From Camelus ferus (taxonomy: Eukaryota), in assembly GCF_009834535.1 (NCBI RefSeq), contig NC_045696.1, forward strand, positions 46,998,001 through 47,062,000: a DNA stretch of 64,000 nt. The letters are read 5' to 3'. The position numbers and the translations under genes are program-made. Each line of letters begins with the position of its first letter. Position 1 is the first letter of the stretch. The notes beneath the pieces are model-generated. The model was not told the origin of the DNA. It saw only the letters and a program-made list of their open reading frames with translations, and did not search any database. Positions 25,156 to 38,329 of this stretch are shown here, piece by piece.

Positions 25156-27544
25156 AAAACTAACAGCTCTTTGTCTGTTGAATGTTTTATGGAAGCCCAA
25201 TTTTTTCCCCCAAATGTTTCTTGTTCGGAAGTAAGATTGCACATTTTGGTAACTAGATACTTTAAATAAAACCAATTTTCAATAAAAATCTAACTTACCC
25301 AAATCTACTCCTGGGAGAAAAGCTCCCTGTGGAGGAGAAGGAAAAAAATTAACATAGTCCAGGAAGAAGAACCTGTTTGTTACCAGAAGGTTTTCTTTTT
25401 TTAAACCCAACGTGGTGCTTCCCTTTGTTGTCTAACACAGTCTTGATGTTAACAAAACTTTCGTCTCTTTCTGGTTTACCCATCACCTGTTCTATTTCTA
25501 GAGCCTCCATGTTTCTTTTTATTGATTTTCTCTCATCTTCTCCTTTCCATTCCCTTAGAGTCAAAATTCTAGGGTATTTTTTAATGCTCTTGTGTTAGAG
25601 CAGAATTCAATCCATTGGAAAGTAGAAATAGGCATGTCTAAGATTTCCATTTACGTTATTTTTCCTATGAAAGACGCTGAAGTACTAAAAATTTTCACTG
25701 GCCCCTGCAAGACCTTAGCCCCAACTGTTCCTTTCTACATCTTACTAAACCCAGTTGTCCCACCAGCGGCTGCTAACATGGCCCTTTGATGTCCCTGCAT
25801 TTTGTCCTGTGATTAACACAACCTCAGTTTTCTCATACCTTTCAAGAACTTAAGCAATGAAATTTGACCTTCCTTAATATAGCCTATAAAATCTTTAAGT
25901 GTCTTCTCCCCTTGGACCATTCAACTTGAGTACTTATCACATTGTAACTTTTAAAATAAAAGCTTGAGTTAACTCCTTTTTTACCCCCTTTCACAGTTCT
26001 TTTGTTCAGTGGATGTTTATTAGTTATTAGGGAATAAGGACACTAGGTGCTAAGGTGACAAGATGAATAAATAGGATACCTGTCCTTAAGGGAAACTTAA
26101 AAAAAATTATATAGATAAGTCAATAGTTCCCATGTAATTTGAGACATTTCTTCACATCTGCTGGTAACTGAAGAATATAATCCAAGTTTGGGTGAACTTG
26201 GCCTCTACAAAAGAATAGAAAAGAATATAAGGGATATCTGACTCATCTGGAGATGGTAAATATGTGTTTTCTGGGGGTTAGAGTTCTTGCTATAACATGT
26301 GGAGACAAAATACATCATCACAGAGGAAGACATCTGGTCCTCGTGTAGAATAGACTACTCTTAAGGAATTTTATCTTTCAACCCTCTTTCAAAGTGAAGA
26401 AGGAGATTCTGGCAAATTTACATCTTCCAGGAAAAAAAAAATGGGTATGTAAAAGTTAGATGGATTCATTTACTGTGTTTAAGGAAATGTAAATATTGAA
26501 AACAGACCACTGTGGGTGGAGGCAATAAAGTCAGTGTATCCAAGGTTTCTCAAAACACTTGAGGGAATCTTCACCTTCAGGCTACTTAGACTTGTTAGAA
26601 CCTGGAAGCTGAACCAATTAACCTCAGGATTATTGTCTCCAGCTCTAAATAACTAATCACTTAAACTATCATTGTGTACTCCATTGTCACAGAGATCTAA
26701 AATTAATTAAAAATTAGTGTTCTTCACCCAATAAATTATATACTTTCGGAATGTAGTATAAATTTGTTTGTGTATAACTCTCTTCCAAGAATTTAATGTG
26801 GGAGCCATAAGGCACGATATATGTACATTACACATTACACTGGCTATGTCCCTATACTGCTGTTTTATAGTGAAGGAAGGCCTGGTGTGTGCCTGCTAGC
26901 ATAGAAGCCCGAGTTTCCCTGTGTGCTGGCTGTATGTAACTCCCTCCTACCATAGTCCTTGACTCTGCTGGTAACTGTCTCCACTCTTGTTTTTCTGGCG
27001 TCACTACAGTTTTACTTCACCCTGCTGTGGAACAATATGGGAACTGGGAATAAAGACAGGGCCAGACTGGTGATCATGGCAGGATGTTACTGCATTATTG
27101 CAGCAGTGTGCCTTTTCTCTCTTTTTGGTAAAAGGTGAGGATATCATTCGGAAGAGAGTGTTGGCATGTATAACCATCCTGTTCCTGTGAGATGGATACA
27201 TGGTATCATCCCATTCTGTTACTGAGGAAATGGCCCTATTGCGAGAGAAGTAGCCCAAAGGCACCCTTAAAAAGCACAATAATACAGGAGGAGCTCGCAT
27301 TTGAGTAGACATTTGAGTGTCTACTACAGACTAGGGACTTTGTTAAGGAAATCATATTCCTATACAGAGCAAAATTGCCAACTCTGTAGAGGAAAGTCAG
27401 GAATAGTCTTATTGGTATTGAGAGAATGTGAGGGTCTGGCAGATACTGAGTCTCCCTGGAACTAGAAGATCCAGAGGAAGTCTCGTAATGTGTGCTTAAA
27501 ACATCAAGAAACTGGTAGCGTAATTTCATTTCAAAGAGAAGCAA

Positions 27545-27690
27545 TCTAATATTTCAATGTCTACAATGAGTCAAGCACTTTACAAACCCTCTGGTTTAAT
27601 CTTCAGCACTTCCCAATGAGGTAAATATTTCCCATGTCTCACAGCTGAGGAAACTGCCATGTAAGATCAAATAGCTAAAGTGACAGTGAA
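27545..27690 (-). mobile_element. MIR, split by the L1 at 27692-29481 and resuming at about 29482-29530
   Basis: tttaatcttcagcacttcccaatgaggta...cagctgaggaaactg; the continuation is gtggttctgaggttcaaatgcagg. Confidence 0.7.
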
Positions 27691-27691
27691 G

Positions 27692-29481
27692 GATTTCTGT
27701 TTTCAGGAAGATCAAATGGAAGTACTTGTCTCTTTTTCTCCCATTAAGTACAATAAAAACCCTGAACATTGTCTATACGACAATTATAAGGTTCTGAAAG
27801 GTAGAAAGAGGAAGGACAACAGGTTAGGAAGCCCAGGACCCAAGGAGCTACAGTGTGGAGAATTCCCTGGGTTTTCTGTTAGCCTCATGTACCCTAGACT
27901 TGGAGCCTAAGAGATTGCGACCCACAAATGCTAACAGGAGTAGATCAAAAGATCCAAACAAAAGTCCTCTCTCTACTAAAGGGACCAGAAAGGGAAAACC
28001 TAGCAAGACAGAAAACTTTAAGACAATAACCTCTCTATTAATAACAAACATCACAGAAAAATGATGGTGGAGACCCTAGACTTGCTCTTCCTGGAGACTC
28101 TAAGGAAGTGCTGTGCCCTCCCACTGGGGTGGTGGCAGAGAAGGCTGAATAAGGACACTGGGACTTTCATTTCATCCTCCTAAGCAGTAAGAAGAACCTT
28201 GCCCTCCCCAGAGTGTCTATGGAGACTATGTGGGAGCCTGGACTTCCACCCCCAACTCTGTAGTAATGGAATGGCATTCCTGCCTTTCTCTGCTGAAACT
28301 GTATCAGAAAAAGCCAAGTAAAATACAATGTAAAAATAAGATCTAGAGTCTCATAAATTAAAACCATTTGCTCTGCAAAAGTTTTTGTGAAGAGGATGAA
28401 AAGACGAGCTACAGTTGGGGAGAAAATGTTTGTAAACCATGTATCTGACAAAGGAATAATACCTAGGATACATAAAGTACACTTAAAACTCCACAGTAAA
28501 AAGACAATCCAACTGAAAATGGGCAAAAACATGAACAGACATTTCACCCAAGAGAATATCAGACAATAAATAAGCACACAAAAAAGGGCACAATACTGCA
28601 GTAATGCAGTGACATCCTGCCATTATCACCAGTCTGGCCCTGTCTTTATTCCCAGTTCCCCCATTGTTCCACAGCAGGGTGGAGCAAAATTATAGTGAGG
28701 CCAGCAAAACAGAAGTGGAGACAGTTGCCAGCAGAGTCAAGGACTACAGGGTGAGGGAGTTACGTACAGCCAGCACACAGAAAAACTCGGACCTCTGTTT
28801 TAGACATTTGTTAGACATCAATAGGAGAGACCCTTGTGGTGATGGACATGTTCCGTATCTTCATGACTGTGTGAATGTCAATACCCTAGCTGTTATAGAC
28901 TGAGTTTGTCAACCCCACATGTTCATATGTTGACATCCTAACCCCCAGTACCTCAGAATGTAACCATATTTGGAGACTGGGTCTTTAAAGAGGTCCTGAA
29001 GTTACAGTGAGGTCATTACAGTGGACCCTAAGTGATATAATTGGTTTTCTTTTAAGAAAAGGAAATTCGGGCATAACCTGTACAGAAGGAAGACCCTGCA
29101 AAGATGCAGGGAGAAGGCAGCCATCTACATGCCAAGAGAAACCAACCCTGACAACACCTTGGGGTGTTCAGCTCACCTGAACTTCAGCTTCTGAGGCCAA
29201 AAGGCCTGAGAAGAAACCAACCCTGCCAAACCAACACGAGCTCAGACTTCCAGCCTCCAGAACTGCTAGGAAACACATTTCTGCTGTTTAGACGGCCCAG
29301 CCTGCGGGGCTACTTTGTCATGGAAGCCCTGGCAAACTAGTACACTAGTTATGATATTATACTACGGTTTTGCAAGATGTTACCTTTCAGGAAAAGTGGG
29401 TAAGGGGTACATGAGATCTGTCTGAATTATTTCTTACAACTGCAATTCTACAATTATCTCAAAAAGTAAAAAATAAAAAAA
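27692..29481 (+). mobile_element. Internally deleted L1MC: 5' UTR, ORF2 end, and L1MC1 3' UTR with polyA; contains an MLT1
   Basis: The 5' UTR starts gatttctgttttcaggaagat. The ORF2 piece encodes MKRRATVGEKMFVNHVSDKG...KMGKNMNRHFTQE. The 3' end is ttgcaagatgttacc...ttcttacaactgc...aattatctcaaaa plus an A-tail. Confidence 0.8.
28891..29344 (+). mobile_element. MLT1B/C MaLR solo LTR
   Basis: tgttatagactga...ctaacccccagtacctcagaatgt...gcaaactagtaca, with a 5-bp TSD ctagc/ctagt. Confidence 0.9.
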
Positions 29482-32169
29482 GTGGTTCTGAGGTTCAAAT
29501 GCAGGTTTCTCTGTTGCTAAGACTTATGCTCAAAAACTGACCCAAACTTTTGACACTGTCCTGTGTCAGAGAACCATCAATTCTGAGGCTGACTCAAAAC
29601 TCCAAACTGTGAATTCCGACTGAGGTGATTAACATGGGTGCTGAGTTAGGTTCTTCGTGGTGATAGGTCAAAAGTAGCATTTTGCTCTGGGGTTTTCTGA
29701 TTTTCTTTATTGTGGACCAATACTTCCTGTCTACTTTCTTCCTTGTAGAAGTGATTCTACGCTACAGACCTATGCCTTGGAGTAGGGGGTGACCCCAAGC
29801 TCTATTGCTTTCGTATATGAGTAAAGCTGCCTCACCAAACCTTAAAGGTAATTGACACGACTTAACGTTCTGTGACTCTGCAGAAGTTACACCACATAAT
29901 TTTGAGTGCACCTGTTTCATAGTGATTAGGAATGTGTTGCTTTTCTAGATATTTTTGGTACTACATAGACCTAAAATGCAAGTCTGCTACTTTGGGTCCT
30001 CAATTGAAAAATAGTGATCTGAAATGAAAAAATAGTAGTCTGTTTCCATGCTTAAAAAATAAAAATCCAAAAGACACAAACTCTCTGTTGAACTCAGGAT
30101 GCTTCTGTCTGTTTCTTTTGTGGTAAGGGCTTTTCATAAGGATTTTCAGAGGTAATTTTGACTTTATGCATGTTTTGCTTTATATGCTGACTTAAGAAAT
30201 TAACCTCCTCATAAAATCCAATCCCACTTTGCTATTTTGACACTTCCTTTGTCTGAAAGTATTCATTAACATTTCACATAATTGCTCCATTTCCAGAGCA
30301 AGTATATAATTTCCTATGGAGTGAAGGCTTCATAATGCATATCCAATAAAGTCCATCCGGTCTGCCAGTAGTCAATGCCTTAGTCTTACCATGGCTTTAA
30401 AGAGATTTTTCTGCTGTGGATCCTATTGAATCTTATTGGCCATCTGCACTGTTGAAAAGTGACCACCAGTAGTGGCTATTTGTAATTTCTACTATTCCTT
30501 AGCCATTGTTGTTCTCTTATGAACTCCTGGCTCTTTTCTGGATATATACTGCTAGTGATTATTGCCAAGTCAACACATAGGATTTTAAGCAAAATTGATC
30601 AGAGTACTTTCTTGTCTTGATGTTTACCAAGATAGTTATGTAAATATGAGTCTAATTTTGATAGTAATATTGGCTAATAGGGAAAACTATGATAATGTAC
30701 CTATGAAAACCTATGTTCTAGTGAAATATGGAGTCAAAGGATGGGCTTATTGATACAAAGGTATTTTACTTTCTGACTAAAGAATAAATTGCACAGAGCT
30801 TCAAAGAATTTTTTTAATCAAATGTATACGTTGTTTTTGCCTAAGGAATTAAAAGCAATCATGGAAACAGATTTCACTTTATTACTTTTTCAACTGAAAT
30901 GACCTGTTATTAGTTTTATGTTCAAACAAACTACACTTTGAATGTTCTTTAAAATTTTTAATGTTATTAATCATATGGATAATTCTGGTGCTCATAGAAT
31001 AGTAACTGATACTTTTTTTTGGTATCTGTTCTAGGCTTTGAGAAAAAGACCCTGGCCGCCCTATGTGGACTATATCTATGTTCTTTAGGAAAGCCATGGG
31101 AAAAATTAGTTTTCCCGCAATGACAAATGTTTTAGCCAGTATATCTAAAATCCAGAATTTGGGTCTTCATTTCTTTCATTCATATTTATAACTTAACACA
31201 CTGCGTCTCAGTCTTTAGTGACAAGCAATCACAGCAACGTTTACATTCGGGCTGCCTGATTTCTGGTATCTGTCAAACATTATAAAATGATCTTTGCTGG
31301 CTCTTAAATCAGAAGCATTGTGGCTAACTGATCAGCTAGTCTGCACAAGCTACATTGAACTGTTTCTTTCAAACTACTATTTATACTTAGATTTGTACTT
31401 TCCAAATCAAAAATAGTTTAACATTTAGCAGTTGCTTTTTCTTAATCCTGTGCTGGTATGCGATGCTGATAGCAATATGGTACTTTGTCCAAGAGATTTC
31501 ATTAATTTTTTTGCACTGGAAACAAACAAGTATGAATGATCATGTTCCATCTTTAAAAAATTAATGAAAGCAAATCCTTATTAATACATATATGTATACG
31601 TAATTACAACTGGTAAATATTGATGTTACTGCTATTATAAACCTCAAAGCTATAAAGACATCATTCTGTTTTCTCCATTTTGTGAGACTCTTTAGAGTGA
31701 ACCATCAATATAACTAAAATAAGAAGCCATAAGAATAAAAATCTTGCTTTGTATTAGAAAATATAAGATGAAAAAGAACCAGTGAGGAAGATTTATAGGC
31801 ATGGAACCCTTACAAACTGATCCTAGATATGTCATTGGGTAAAGATAGCTACTTCCAGCTCTTTTAAGTCACCTGCAGGAGGGCAATTTATATATTTCTC
31901 TTTGTATTTACACATAAATACACATACATCATTGTTAAATAATCACTACCTTAAAAGTAACCACAATTTTTCATTAGTAAGCACCTGATGTGTGCAAGGC
32001 TCTATAGAGCTTACAGAGGTTATACTTGTGTTCAAATATTAAATGTTATGGCTGTTGTTTGTCCGTGATTGTAAGTGTTAAAAAATGAGTATTGAATTTT
32101 AGGTCTGGTGATTAATAGGGTAATAAGAAGAATGAATCAGAAAATCGAAAGAATGTGTTTACAGCCTGT

Positions 32170-32630
32170 TGTAAGAAGCTGAGCCTGAGATAAGTCTTTC
32201 ATGCAAGCAGCTGATTTTGGGAAGGGAACCCTAATGGTGGAGGGACCATTAGAAGAGTGAAAGAAGGAAGGAGGGTGAGCTAACCGCAGGGTGTTATCTT
32301 GAGACAGCTATCTCTGTGGGTAACCGGGGCTCAGAGTTGGTAGGGATGCTTTAGGGAACCACGTAGATGACCCTTGAGAACTGTTGACTAGGGACACTGG
32401 AGAGAGGAGCAACTCGACCCCTACAGGTTAAAATGAACACTGAAGGGTGCTGATTTTCTCCTTTCTGGGAATCTTACTAGGAAGCAGAGAATCCCTGGGA
32501 CAAGCAAGTTAGACACACAGAATAGCTGAGCCGAGGTGCCAGGTGCCATCAGGAACACCTGTGCACAGCTAACGGTTGCTCCAGCAGCGGCCAGAGCCAA
32601 AAGGTGGGCTGATGGGATGGCAGAGGGGAC
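32170..32630 (-). mobile_element. Old ERVL LTR (subfamily uncertain)
   Basis: gagcctgagataagtctttcatgcaagcagctgattttgggaag...tgtgggtaaccggggctcag resembles the antisense of an ERVL LTR. Confidence 0.5.
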
Positions 32631-35065
32631 TGTGGTTCCCCTCTTGGACACTTGTTCATTTGGTGTGTCACTTATTCACTCTTAGCACCCGTTTCCTCCA
32701 ACTAAAAGAGTCTGGGTGACCCACTCTGCCTCTTTCCCAGACTTAAGGATTTGTAAAAACACACGGATCAATTTAAATGATAACCCACTATAAAACTGAA
32801 AATAGTTGAAGCAGTTCTAGACCTGAGACATGTAGAAATCCAGGGAAAGCAGAGAAGAAAAAGAGGTTACAGAAAGAATCTAGAAGGACATGAGAAGCCC
32901 CTGCATGTGATGTGACAGCTCTGTAGCCACCATGACCAGGACAGGAAGACATGCACAAATGATGACAAACATCACATTCAGCAACTAGGAAGATAAATGT
33001 GTGAGTTTAAGAGATCCAATTTTCTGCTAGCTAATATTAGGAGATTGTTTCTTGTTAGAAATAAATATTGATTGAACTGATTTAGCAAATACCTGACATA
33101 TGATGCCTAATCTGCCTCTCAGACCAACTTAAGTTTGTCTACATTTTATTCATGTCTGTCTGCCCCACAGCTCTAGAGCTCAAATTCACAGCCGGATTAT
33201 TAATTTCAGCCCTATTTGATCTCTGAGGATTCAGCCAGTAGCTACTCTCCCATCCTCAAGTTACATAAAGTTACCCTTTTATTTCTCAGAACTTTTGCAA
33301 ATCTAATAAGTGTTAAATGCCAGTGTTACTTTAAATTCTCCTCTAAGCCTTAGTGTAGGTGCATATATATGATAGATATGATCAATGTCAAGAATATTCC
33401 ATATGCCATTTCTCCTCCCAGCAACGTGAAGACATTATGGGGGAGCTTGGCAGAGGAGAATCCAAGCTGGTATGTGCTTGAATTGGTGATGGATCTCAGA
33501 GCCTAACAACTGAACCACTGCAAGCAGTAGCCCTGTGGGCTTCCCTCAGCTAGGTTCCTAGTGACTCGTCCCACTTTCTTTCAGGTAGCCCTTCCTGGAG
33601 AGGTGGTGCAGTACATCTAAGGGAAAGGTACAGAACCTAAAGCTGTTGATCCTGTCTTCGATCATGCTTTAAATGTTGAGGTAACTTTCTCTGTGACATA
33701 AACCTCAGAGCAACCCTCATCTCTCAGCTATTGATATTCTTAAAAGCCATCATTCTATTTTTGCTTCAGCTGGAACAGTGTCTGCATAATAAATATCTCT
33801 AGTGTGTGTGTGTATGATATTTCATCTTGAAACTTCAAAAATGTTCAAAGAATATCTAGTTCTTCTATTTTTGAGACTCTGTGAAAGTCTGTTCTCCCCA
33901 TGTGTGGGCTTTAGGATCTTAGCTATTTCCTTAAACTAATATTAGAGTGGCTGTGATATACCAGGAACTACGTGGCCGTGGGGATTCAGAGGTGAAAGCT
34001 GGGATTGCCTGTGTCTTCAAAGGAAGTCCCAGTTTGATCTTATTTCACAGTGGATCTTATTAAACAATGAAAAAAGTTGGCATGGATGACTTTGGGGATC
34101 CTGGGAGGTGAGCAGTAATCTCCAATTCAGCTTCCAAAGGGCAGTAAAAGGCTCACCACTGATGACTACTGAGTTGAAGAAAGAGGGCAAGAAAGAGGGA
34201 AGGAGTTCCCCAAACGTACCTTGTCCTCATCTCCAAGTGTCTCCATGTGGCAGACAATAAAGTGAATGTGGACAGGAATGCATGAAGGCTAGAAAGCTAG
34301 GCAGGGCTGTGTGTGTCCCTTATTCCAGACGGAAGAGTCTTGTTGAAGTCCTGTGGAAAAGGCCATTGTCCTGGCAAAGTATCTTTTTGTTTACTCTGTA
34401 ACTTCTGTTTCCATGGACTCAACAAGCAACTACTGTGCGGCTGTGTAGGAGGCACAGTGCTACTTGTTGGGGATGTAAGGGTTGCTGCCACACACGTGTG
34501 CAAGTGTGTGTGTGAGAGAGAAGGAGACACCCAGTAATGATAACAATATGCCGTGTGCGTAAAGGACGGGCACTGCTAACCTCTCCCCCACGGAGTTCAG
34601 GGAAGGCTTTACAGGGAAAACAATCATCTGAAGCTGAGTTTGTTCTTCTTGGATATTCTAGCAACCAGAACTGCAGTGAGAATTGTAGGTGCAGATAAAC
34701 TCTGACTCCGTGTAGGGTTGTGGCTTTTTTTCAAATTAGCACCCGCTGCAGTCAGCAGCACAGTTTTCTCTACGACTCTGTAGCAAACTAGGTAGGCTTG
34801 CTCTGGGCATGGAGGCCAGAGAGCAGTCCCACCCGAGGGGCTTGCCTGAATCACGCCGATGATGAGGGCTGGCACGTGCAGCATGGAAACGAGAGTCCAC
34901 TAGCTGCACCACTGTATTATCTGTAACTGGGCGTTTTGGTTTCTGGATTTTAATCATCTGTGCTGATCCTGATCTGGGTGGAGTTAACTTTGAAAGGAGC
35001 CCTGCATAACATCACTGGTTTCCTCAACCTGTTATAGGTAATTAAGCAAACAGACTTTACACTTT

Positions 35066-35111
35066 ACCCTCTGACTCATACCATATTCACCCTCTGACTC
35101 ATACCATATTC
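35066..35111. repeat. Perfect 23-bp tandem duplication containing TGACTCA
   Basis: accctctgactcataccatattc occurs twice in tandem. Confidence 0.95.
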
Positions 35112-35999
35112 ACCATCGCACCCTCTCACATCTGAATTCAATCTGTGGTCTTGTGTCTAATGACTTAACATTGAACTGAAACATACATTTCTAAGTAAGG
35201 TAAGGATTCTTTTTCTAAGTTGTTTGTACCTAAAACTTAAAGTAGAGCATGAATGAGTAGAAAAATGTAGGGTTTTACTTAAATGCCTTATTTATCTGTT
35301 AGAAAAAAAAATGTGACTGGTTCTGTAAATTGATTTAGTGCAGATATCTCCAGTACCTACATACAAAACACATGCTTGATAAAAGGTTGTCTTGAAGGGT
35401 CATGCTGAAATATTTCAAATAAAAGAACTTAACAAAAAATGATACAATGTAAAGGATGGAAATTCTAATGTTCTGATAAGTTAGTGAAGGAGGAATAAGA
35501 CATGTTTATTTTGAAAAGTATTTTGAGGAATTTATGTCTGAAAGAATATTCTTAGCACTGTTCATCTAGTTACAGTACAGAGGCTTGGTAGCTGCCCCAA
35601 GGATAGTTTTCCCCTGGTGTGGGAGGAAGAAAGGACTATGGTTTTCTAGCAGAATCAAGTCGTCTTTGAATTCTAAAATAAGGAGCTGAAGTTGGCTAGG
35701 TATTTACACTGTCACAAGGGACAGTCATTAAGTTAATCTCATTTTTAATGCCTAAGAAAGGATTCAACAAATTAAGATTTAATTCTCATTAGATTTCTGT
35801 TATTTGGGACTTGGGATGATAGGAAAAATTACTAAAAGATAATTTAGGTTTTCTGTGTTGTTTGTACCTGACAACGAAAACTCCAGTTTCTGCATTTCCT
35901 GGAAATTTGGAGGAAATCATTTTTGTCTAGAAAAGTAAACTGATGTCATCTCCCACAATTATAAGCATATAGGCATATTTTAATTAAAAGGTGTAATAA

Positions 36000-36222
36000 G
36001 GTATAGTGGTCAGTAGGATAGTCTCCAGAGTCAAATAATCCTTGGTGTGAATACCAGCTCCATCATTAAGCAATCGTGTATTTTTCTCTGAGCCTTAGTT
36101 TCCTCACCTGTAAAATAAGGTAGACAGGACCTCCGAGGTTTCCCGTGAAGTGTAAACGAAATGTATTAAAGAGCTTATCAACATGCCTGGTACATAGAAC
36201 ATGTTCCATAAGTGTTGATTAT
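36000..36222 (+). mobile_element. MIR SINE
   Basis: ctctgagccttagtttcctcacctgtaaaataagg...tgcctggtacatagaa. Confidence 0.85.
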
Positions 36223-38329
36223 TTGTCACTTACATCTATATTCTGAAATAATAATTTCCCAATCATATCATAACATGATATTATGTTGTTATACTACTGA
36301 GGGTCCTATAAGTCTGGTGGTTCTTAAAGTAAATGAGAGTCCTTGGAGGAAGGCTCTGCCCAGTTTCAGCATGCTCTAGCAGTCGGCCTGTGCTGGGGAA
36401 GGGACCGATTCCTGGATTTAGTTTTCCTCCAGACACTTACAGGTGGGAACAGCTGTATGAATATTTGGATCGACAGCTGGGGATCCTGGGCGGCTCCTCC
36501 CTGCTGTGGTCAGTAACCAGGTGTACATTGTGTAGAAAGGTGTTAAGGTATTTTACCTCCTGAGACTGACCAATCAACTTGAAATTCCCAGACACTTGCC
36601 TAAGGGTGGAAGCTTTATTCTAAACTGTCACATTACAGCATCCTTTTCTTTGAGGCTTTGAATGAATCTCTGTAACTGACTTCCAACCCCAGAAATGCAA
36701 AGATCCCCCCGTACCTAGAGGGGATGAATATCCTCTGTCTGAGAGGCTCCCCAGCAATGGCCCAGGGGCTACCCAAGTGCCTGGTTACTTCCTGACTTAT
36801 TTTAAGCCCCAGAAAGACTAAATAAACTGACTAGCAGGAAGACCCTAATCTTTCTCAGACTTCTGCCAGGTGAGACTGGCCTTTGGGTATACACTTCTTA
36901 GGGCTCAGACCTGACTTCCCTAGAAAAGAAAACTAGGGTCCGAGTCCATAACTGAAGCTATAAATGTGCCATTCTAAAAATCCTGCTGTTCTGGCTTTCT
37001 TTACCTTTAGGTTCTCCTTCCTGATGCCACACGTCTTTCTCATATATGTACAACCTTTCATTGGTATTTTATTGTTGTGTTAATGTATTCAAAATCCCTC
37101 AAATTTAGTCCTAAGTGAAGTTCCGAGTAAATATTTTAGGACCTCTTTTATTCCACAACCTTTAAAAATATGTGTGTCTCTTTCTTTTGTGACAGACTTT
37201 ACCCTCAGAGGCTTGCTTTTCTCTGGGTTTCCTTTCCAGCAGGTCTCTGTGATAATGCCCTCAGTTTAATCCCTCTCTGCTAAAGAATGAGATGCTGCTA
37301 GCTGCAGCCTCTTATCTCTTCAGTTTCAGAATTTTTTCTCTGTAAAAACTGCTAAATGTCCCTTCAGAAACTTACTTTTAAATTCTAGTAATGGGGGCTT
37401 GCTCTTCCTTTGCCCTTGGCCTTGGAATCTTGTAGTCTATAAATTGTGCATCACTCTTTATCAGCCATTTAGAGTTCAAACTACTAATTCTCAACCATTT
37501 GGATATTAAGATACAAACTGGAGACATACAAATACACATTTATAGCTTTATTACTTTAGTACTTTCTGTTTCAGGTAGGTCTTTGCCAAGGACACACAGG
37601 TTCTGTCCTACAAAGCATCTTTGACAAATGGGGTCCTTTTTATCTAATTTAATGTAGATTAGAGGCACTGTGGAGAACACTTTCTAAAGAGAAAAGCCTT
37701 CTTACTTTCTGTACCTGTCCTATCTTTATCTGCTTTAGCTGTAACCACTGGAATGTAGTCAGTTATACAAGATCAATTATTAAGACTGACTTTGGTAATA
37801 TTTCTATCTATAGGATAAAGTTTAACATCATTTCAAATTAGGGAGGTATTTATTCTCTTGGAAAATACCACTGTCTTATACAAAGTTCAGTACTTCATTA
37901 AACAGTCTATTCCCAGTAATATATTTAGAATTTTTCTCATTGTTTTGGGACTACTTTAGCTGTATTTTTTTTAAAACCGATTATGGTTAAAGTGAGCCCT
38001 CTCCATCATGCTGTCCCAGCTCACCCAATCCCCACCTCAGTCTTCATTTAAAGTATTTTTAAGAATACTTTTCCATATTTAAATAGACTTTATGTATTCT
38101 TGGAACCATTTCATTTAATCTGATCTCTAAAGAATTTGTTATACCCTTTTTTTTTTTAAAGCTGTGCTATATTTTTAAAAACCCAAAACATTTAATGATC
38201 ATTTACCTATAATTATATTAAGCAGTTTTTACTGTAACTTTTAATATAATTGTAAAAATCCCCTCAAGCTATGTTTCTAAGAGACACAGGCACCAAGCTA
38301 AAATATTTAGCAAAACTATCTCATTTGTT

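Noticed and set aside
28167..28577. 136-aa hydrophobic ORF on the minus strand
   Set aside because: It is the antisense reading of L1 ORF2, a common artefact.
29749..29847. 99-nt AG/GT-flanked segment as an internal coding exon
   Set aside because: It has stop codons in all three frames, so at most it is a terminal or non-coding exon.
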